Sequence record: DRR378314_2032
Reading direction: 5' to 3' (one strand)
Length of the DNA stretch: 64,000 nt
Position 1 is the stretch's first letter; each line of letters begins with the position of its first letter. The translations under genes and the position numbers were made by a program. The notes under the pieces were generated by a model, which was given only the letters and a program-made list of their open reading frames with translations, ran no database searches and had not been told where the DNA came from. Shown here one piece after another: positions 59,198 through 64,000 of this stretch.

Positions 59198-61156
59198 GTG
59201 AAAAACGGTAAAACCTTTGCAACATTTATCTTAATGGTGTTCGCTGTAACTGCAGGAATATCCCAAATAACACTTCCTGAAATCATCAGGGACAGTATGG
59301 TCATCCAGCGCAATGCCAAAATCACCATTTGGGGCTGGGCATCGACGGGAGAACGAATAACAGCGACATTCAACGGAAAGCAAAGAAAAACGTCTGCCGA
59401 TTCCGAAGGGAACTGGAGCTTGGAATTCCCCAAAATGAAGGCGGGAGGCCCCTACACCCTAGCAATTTCCGGAAAAAACGATATCTGTCTGGAAGATATC
59501 TTGATCGGGGATGTATGGCTTTGCTCCGGACAATCGAATATGGTGCATCAAATGGACATTCATGATGTTACCTATGCAAAAGATATTGTTAATGCCGATT
59601 ACCCAGAAATCAGGCATTTTAAGGTACCTCGGAAAACTGACCTACAAGGCCCGAGCAAAGATTTGGACGGAGGCTCTTGGAAAGTTGCCGTATCCGAGGA
59701 GGTTCGCCCTTTTTCAGCCGTCGCTTATTTTTTTGCACGCAAATTGTATAAAAAATATGGGGTGCCCATCGGGCTAATCAATGCAAGTGTCGGCGGCACT
59801 CCAATCGAGGCTTGGATAAACGAGCAGGGCTATCAAGAATTCCCAGATATTTTAAAAATTATTGAAGAAAACAAAGATACTGCCTTTGTGAACAGCCATT
59901 CCAGAAAGCGTTTCTCTGGCGAACAAAAGGCTCAACAACCAAAGGACAAAGGCCTTATCGGCGAAAAACCTTGGTATGATGTGGATTTCACCCCTGAGAA
60001 CTGGCGCAGGATAAACATTCCTGGCTATTGGGAAGATCAAGGAGCCAGAGACCTCAACGGAGTGGTATGGTACCGAAAGGAAATCGTTCTGCCCCAATCC
60101 ATGACCCATGAAGATGCAACCGTATTTTTGGGCCGCATCGTTGACGCCGACGAATTGTATATCAATGGTAAAAAAGTGGGCAATACTACCTATCAATATC
60201 CACAAAGAAGATATGATGTCCCCGCAAATATTCTAAAGGCTGGGAAAAACACTTTTGTCATTCGTGTGACCAATAATTTTGGAAAAGGCGGTTTTGTGCC
60301 GGACAAACCCTATTATATTTTTACGGACAAGGATACCGTAGATTTAAAAGGATATTGGCAATACAAGGTTGGAGAGGTGTACCCGCCCGTTGATTTCTCT
60401 TCTTTTTCACAGAATGATGACAAACCCGAAGAAAGAACCATCAATCCCCAAAATGAGCCCACGGCCTTGTACAACGGTATGGTGGCTCCCTATGTTCAAC
60501 TTCCCATAAAAGGGGTGTTGTGGTATCAAGGCGAGAGCAATGCTGGCAGACCTGAAGAATATCTGGACCTAATGCACGCCCTGATGAATGGATGGAGAGG
60601 AATTTACAATGATCCCGAGCTGCCCTTTATCTATGCCCAGCTTCCCAATTTTGGTGATGTGACCTACTCTCCCACCGAGAGCAACTGGGCCGAACTCAGG
60701 GAGGCGCAACTAAAGGCTTTGGGCGATCCCAATACCGCAATGACAGTCAATATTGATTTAGGGGAATGGAACGACATCCACCCCGACAACAAGAAAGATG
60801 TAGGGGAACGAATGGCTCTGGCCGCCCAAAACTTGGTATATGGTGAAGATATTGTGTATTCAGGGCCACTTTATCAATCTTCTCAAATAAAAGATGGTAA
60901 AATCGTCATTTCCTTTTCACATGTCGGTGGAGGATTGATGACCAATGATAGCGGAGCACCTGATACTTTTGAGATTGCCGGTGAGCACAAAAACTTTGTT
61001 TGGGCACAAGCAAAAATTGAAGGGAACAAAGTAATTGTATGGAGCGACGAAATCCCCAATCCAAAATATGTCCGCTATGCTTGGGCAGATAATCCGGATA
61101 ACCCTAATTTATATAATATGGAAGGGCTCCCTGCATCGCCTTTTAGAACTGAATGA
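59198..61156 (+). CDS. SGNH sialate-O-acetylesterase-like carbohydrate esterase with inserted sugar-binding domain (likely acetylxylan esterase)
   Basis: GDVWLCSGQSNM, WYQGESN, DIHPDNK, YAWADNP, PASPFRT; PUL context. Confidence 0.85.
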   Translation: MKNGKTFATFILMVFAVTAGISQITLPEIIRDSMVIQRNAKITIWGWASTGERITATFNGKQRKTSADSEGNWSLEFPKMKAGGPYTLAISGKNDICLEDILIGDVWLCSGQSNMVHQMDIHDVTYAKDIVNADYPEIRHFKVPRKTDLQGPSKDLDGGSWKVAVSEEVRPFSAVAYFFARKLYKKYGVPIGLINASVGGTPIEAWINEQGYQEFPDILKIIEENKDTAFVNSHSRKRFSGEQKAQQPKDKGLIGEKPWYDVDFTPENWRRINIPGYWEDQGARDLNGVVWYRKEIVLPQSMTHEDATVFLGRIVDADELYINGKKVGNTTYQYPQRRYDVPANILKAGKNTFVIRVTNNFGKGGFVPDKPYYIFTDKDTVDLKGYWQYKVGEVYPPVDFSSFSQNDDKPEERTINPQNEPTALYNGMVAPYVQLPIKGVLWYQGESNAGRPEEYLDLMHALMNGWRGIYNDPELPFIYAQLPNFGDVTYSPTESNWAELREAQLKALGDPNTAMTVNIDLGEWNDIHPDNKKDVGERMALAAQNLVYGEDIVYSGPLYQSSQIKDGKIVISFSHVGGGLMTNDSGAPDTFEIAGEHKNFVWAQAKIEGNKVIVWSDEIPNPKYVRYAWADNPDNPNLYNMEGLPASPFRTE

Positions 61157-61186
61157 TTATTCGTAATTGTGCCATTTTCTCATGGT

Positions 61187-61561
61187 TCAATCAAATGGAT
61201 AAGTCCATAAAGGAACCACATTGTCCAAATGTACATTGAGGGCATCATCATAAGTGAGGATAACAGCTGCTTTTTTGCCCTGCCAAGGCAAATTGTTCAG
61301 GTTCACCAAATCATCCTTACTGAATGAAAATAAAGGGGACCCCTCCTTCATCTGCGAATTGACCTCCTTTGGATTATTTACCTTGGAAAGCATCGCGCTC
61401 CTCTCTGAATCAAAATTCTTAGGGTCAACTTTGGATGATTCATAAATAGAAGCTGAGTACATTGCCTTATCACTATTGGGCGTCGAGAGTTTATTTTGGG
61501 CATTTCCAACAAAGCTCACCATTAAAAACCCATATACTGTTGCTTTTTTTATAATATTCAT
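61187..61561 (-). pseudogene. Truncated polysaccharide deacetylase (NodB/CE4-like) fragment
   Basis: Signal peptide then WQGKKAAVILTYDDALNVH (CE4 motif 1), with a stop ~13 codons later and no room for the rest of the domain. Confidence 0.65.
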
Positions 61562-61584
61562 CCGTTTCTTTTAAAATCAAAAAC

Positions 61585-61626
61585 AAAAAACCATGATGAA
61601 AATGAATAAAAATTCTCATCATGGTT
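61585..61626 (-). terminator. Terminator after the GH10 lipoprotein
   Basis: AACCATGATGA/TCATCATGGTT stem with a T-run on the minus strand. Confidence 0.7.
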
Positions 61627-61654
61627 ACTTCTTCATTATACGGTCAATATTTTA

Positions 61655-62842
61655 TTATTCTGGGCTTTCACCGTTCAATCCCGCAACCAATCCCCTGTGC
61701 GTGATTTTGGTGTTAAAATCGTTGTCGTATAGCAATGGCCAATCCGAACCGCCATCGTACAACCAACTATCCTGATCTCTAAAGCCCCAAAGGGTCAATC
61801 CAAATTGTTGCGTTTGGGGCACAATGGTGGTATAGTAATATCCTGCTCTCTGGTATTGTACCTCTTGTGCCTCTGCCCTTTCCACAGTAAGTTCATCAAT
61901 ATCGTCGCTATAGTTGGCCTTTACGTCCAACTCAGAAACATGCACCAATAACCCGGTATCCGCAATATCTTGAATTGCAATTGGCAAATCTGAAGATGGC
62001 CAATCATGGTTCAAGTGCATCTGCATACCAATTCCGTCAATTGGAATATCTTCAGCGTCAAATTCAGATGCCATATTGACTATGGAATTGCGTTTGCCCA
62101 CTTCGCCTGCAATGTTATAATCGTTGTAGAACAGTTTTACATCCGGGTCCGCTTCGCGTGCCCATTGAAAGGCTTTTTTATGGAAATCGGTGCCAATACG
62201 CTGGGTAAACAGCGAAGTGCGCACTGAAGCTCCATCAAAATACTCGTTGACCACATCCCAAGATGCCACAATCGGGTTTCCTTCACCATCCGTGGCTTCG
62301 GCAAAATGAGCCACCGTTGCCTTGACATAGCCCTCCACTTGTGCTTCAAATTCTTCATCGGTTCCTTCAAAATTGTTCAACCAACCGGGAATGGACGAAT
62401 GCCAGATCAATGCATGGCCATGCACCCGTAATCCGTTAGCCGAGGCGTAAGACACAATGGCATCTCCATCGCTGAAATCATAGGTATCAGGGCCTGTAAA
62501 CATATTGCCCATCTTCATATCGTTTTCGGCCGTAATGCTATTGTACTCTTGATTAAGAAGTGTTTTAAAAGTGGTGTTGTCCGAGGATACTGAGGCTAGT
62601 TTACTGGCCGAAACAATATTTCCTATGGGGAAACTTGCCACATCCTTCAAGTTTTGGGTGGCATCATATGTAAATGGATCACTGTTGTCCGATCCGTTAT
62701 CGGTCGGTGGCGTGGTCGGGTCTGGATCCGGGTCGGTACCTTCTGTTGGACCACCAACTTGAGGACCGGTAACATCGTCTCCAGAACTGCAACCAATTAA
62801 AAACCCTACTAACAAAATGGGTATAATTTTGAATACTTTCAT
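61655..62842 (-). CDS. GH10 endo-1,4-beta-xylanase lipoprotein
   Basis: Lipobox LIGC, P/D/T linker, TAENDMK, GHALIWH, WDVVNEY, FYNDYN, HVSELD. Confidence 0.93.
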   Translation of the reverse strand: MKVFKIIPILLVGFLIGCSSGDDVTGPQVGGPTEGTDPDPDPTTPPTDNGSDNSDPFTYDATQNLKDVASFPIGNIVSASKLASVSSDNTTFKTLLNQEYNSITAENDMKMGNMFTGPDTYDFSDGDAIVSYASANGLRVHGHALIWHSSIPGWLNNFEGTDEEFEAQVEGYVKATVAHFAEATDGEGNPIVASWDVVNEYFDGASVRTSLFTQRIGTDFHKKAFQWAREADPDVKLFYNDYNIAGEVGKRNSIVNMASEFDAEDIPIDGIGMQMHLNHDWPSSDLPIAIQDIADTGLLVHVSELDVKANYSDDIDELTVERAEAQEVQYQRAGYYYTTIVPQTQQFGLTLWGFRDQDSWLYDGGSDWPLLYDNDFNTKITHRGLVAGLNGESPE

Positions 62843-62889
62843 TTCAATTTTCTTTTTAGTTATTATGCAATTTTTGATGTTTGGAACAT

Positions 62890-63999
62890 TTAATTTATTG
62901 TCCCTGTTTGTTTTAATTTGTGCAAAATCCCCAACTCCAGACCTCTTATTTCCGCAAGTCCCTTAAGTCTTCCGATCAACGAATAGCCTGGATATTTTTC
63001 TTTGCCTTCAAACGAGTGCAGAAATCCATGGTCGGGGCGCATGGGAAGTGCTGTTTTGCGCTTTTGCATAAGCACCACCAACTTTTCCACGATTTCTTCC
63101 ATCGGGTTGTCTCCATTCAGGTGCTCCGACTCCCTAAATCGTTTACCGTCCTCCCTTTTCACGTTTCTCAAATGCAAAAAATGAATGCGGTCTCCGTGCT
63201 TATCGATAATGCGCACCAAATTGTTATTGGGCTGAGCTCCCAAGGAACCGGTGCAATAACAAAGTCCATTGGCACTTACTGGAACTTTGGACATAATAGC
63301 TGCGATATCTTTTTCTGTTGACACCACCCTGGGAAGTCCCAAAACTGAAAAAGGTGGGTCATCGGGGTGAATGGCCAGTTTCATCCCCAATTCTTCTGCC
63401 ACTGGTGCGACTTCGGAAAGAAATTGAATCAAATTATTTCTCAGAGCGTCGTCATCAATGCCGCTGTAAGCTTCCAGCAATTCCAAAATCTTCTCCGGTG
63501 TGAAGCTTTCGTCACTACCCGGTAACCCTAACAACACATTTTGAAAGAGTCGTTCTTTTTCTTCTTCATTCAAACTGTCCCCATAGACTTTGGCCTCATC
63601 CAGTTGTTCTTTGGAATAATCATCCTGCGCATCTGGTCTTTTCAGCAAAAACACATCGAAAAATGTAAAGGCGACCTCATCGAACAACAGTGCTTTTGTA
63701 CCATCTGGATTGGAGTAGCTTTGGTCGGTGCGCACCCAGTCCAAAATGGGCATAAAGTTGTAGGCGACCACTTTGATACCACATTGGGCAAGGTTTTCCA
63801 AGCTCTTCTTATAGTTCAAAATGTGTGTTTGGTACTCTCCTCCCCTTCTTTTGATATCTTCATGAACGGGCAAACTTTCCACCACGCTCCATTCCATTCC
63901 TTCCCTTCGGATAATTTCTTGGCGTTCTTGAATATCTTTAACCTGCCAAACTTCTCCGACCGGAATTTGGTGCAAAGCGGTAACAACTCCCGTTACCCC
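62890..63999 (-). CDS. uxuA: Mannonate dehydratase (5' end outside the window)
   Basis: GVVTALHQIP, WSVVESLPVHE, YNFMPILDW, IHPDDPP, HLRNV, MRPDHG, GRLKGLAE. Confidence 0.95.
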   Translation of the reverse strand, partial: GVTGVVTALHQIPVGEVWQVKDIQERQEIIRREGMEWSVVESLPVHEDIKRRGGEYQTHILNYKKSLENLAQCGIKVVAYNFMPILDWVRTDQSYSNPDGTKALLFDEVAFTFFDVFLLKRPDAQDDYSKEQLDEAKVYGDSLNEEEKERLFQNVLLGLPGSDESFTPEKILELLEAYSGIDDDALRNNLIQFLSEVAPVAEELGMKLAIHPDDPPFSVLGLPRVVSTEKDIAAIMSKVPVSANGLCYCTGSLGAQPNNNLVRIIDKHGDRIHFLHLRNVKREDGKRFRESEHLNGDNPMEEIVEKLVVLMQKRKTALPMRPDHGFLHSFEGKEKYPGYSLIGRLKGLAEIRGLELGILHKLKQTGTIN

Positions 64000-64000
64000 G

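Overview
Ordinary chromosomal DNA from a Bacteroidota bacterium, most consistent with marine Flavobacteriaceae (SusC/SusD pair, TAnnTTTG-type promoters). I saw no rRNA, tRNA, CRISPR array, integrase or transposase. The window has three blocks. (1) ~0.2-16.5 kb is a stress/low-oxygen island: cls, a D-2-hydroxyacid dehydrogenase, Hsp20, five universal stress proteins, two paralogous helical hypotheticals, a stand-alone eRF1-middle-domain-like protein, a TerB-like protein, cbpA/cbpM, upp, a beta-CASP nuclease and an ATP-cone/PD-(D/E)XK nuclease fusion. These surround a FixL-like PAS-PAS kinase and a REC-Crp/Fnr hybrid regulator. Eight intergenic TGAY-N4-RTCA palindromes occur here, five or six of them exactly 23 nt from a Bacteroidota -7 promoter element, which suggests a self-contained DosR/FixLJ-analogous regulon. 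(2) ~16.5-35 kb holds an RND efflux system, a YbbAP/TesA-like set, TolB-like, Gfo/Idh/MocA, carboxylesterase, nitroreductase and orphan PAS kinase genes, plus a TPP riboswitch upstream of pnuC and a flavin-dependent hydroxylase-like gene. (3) ~35-64 kb is a glucuronoxylan PUL (GH43, SusC/SusD, GH30, two GH10, GH115, an acetyl-esterase, uxuA) with three FG-GAP/ASPIC-UnbV proteins, a repeated LacI-type operator and a degenerate susC N-terminal relic. All family calls come from motif recognition by eye; no searches were run.
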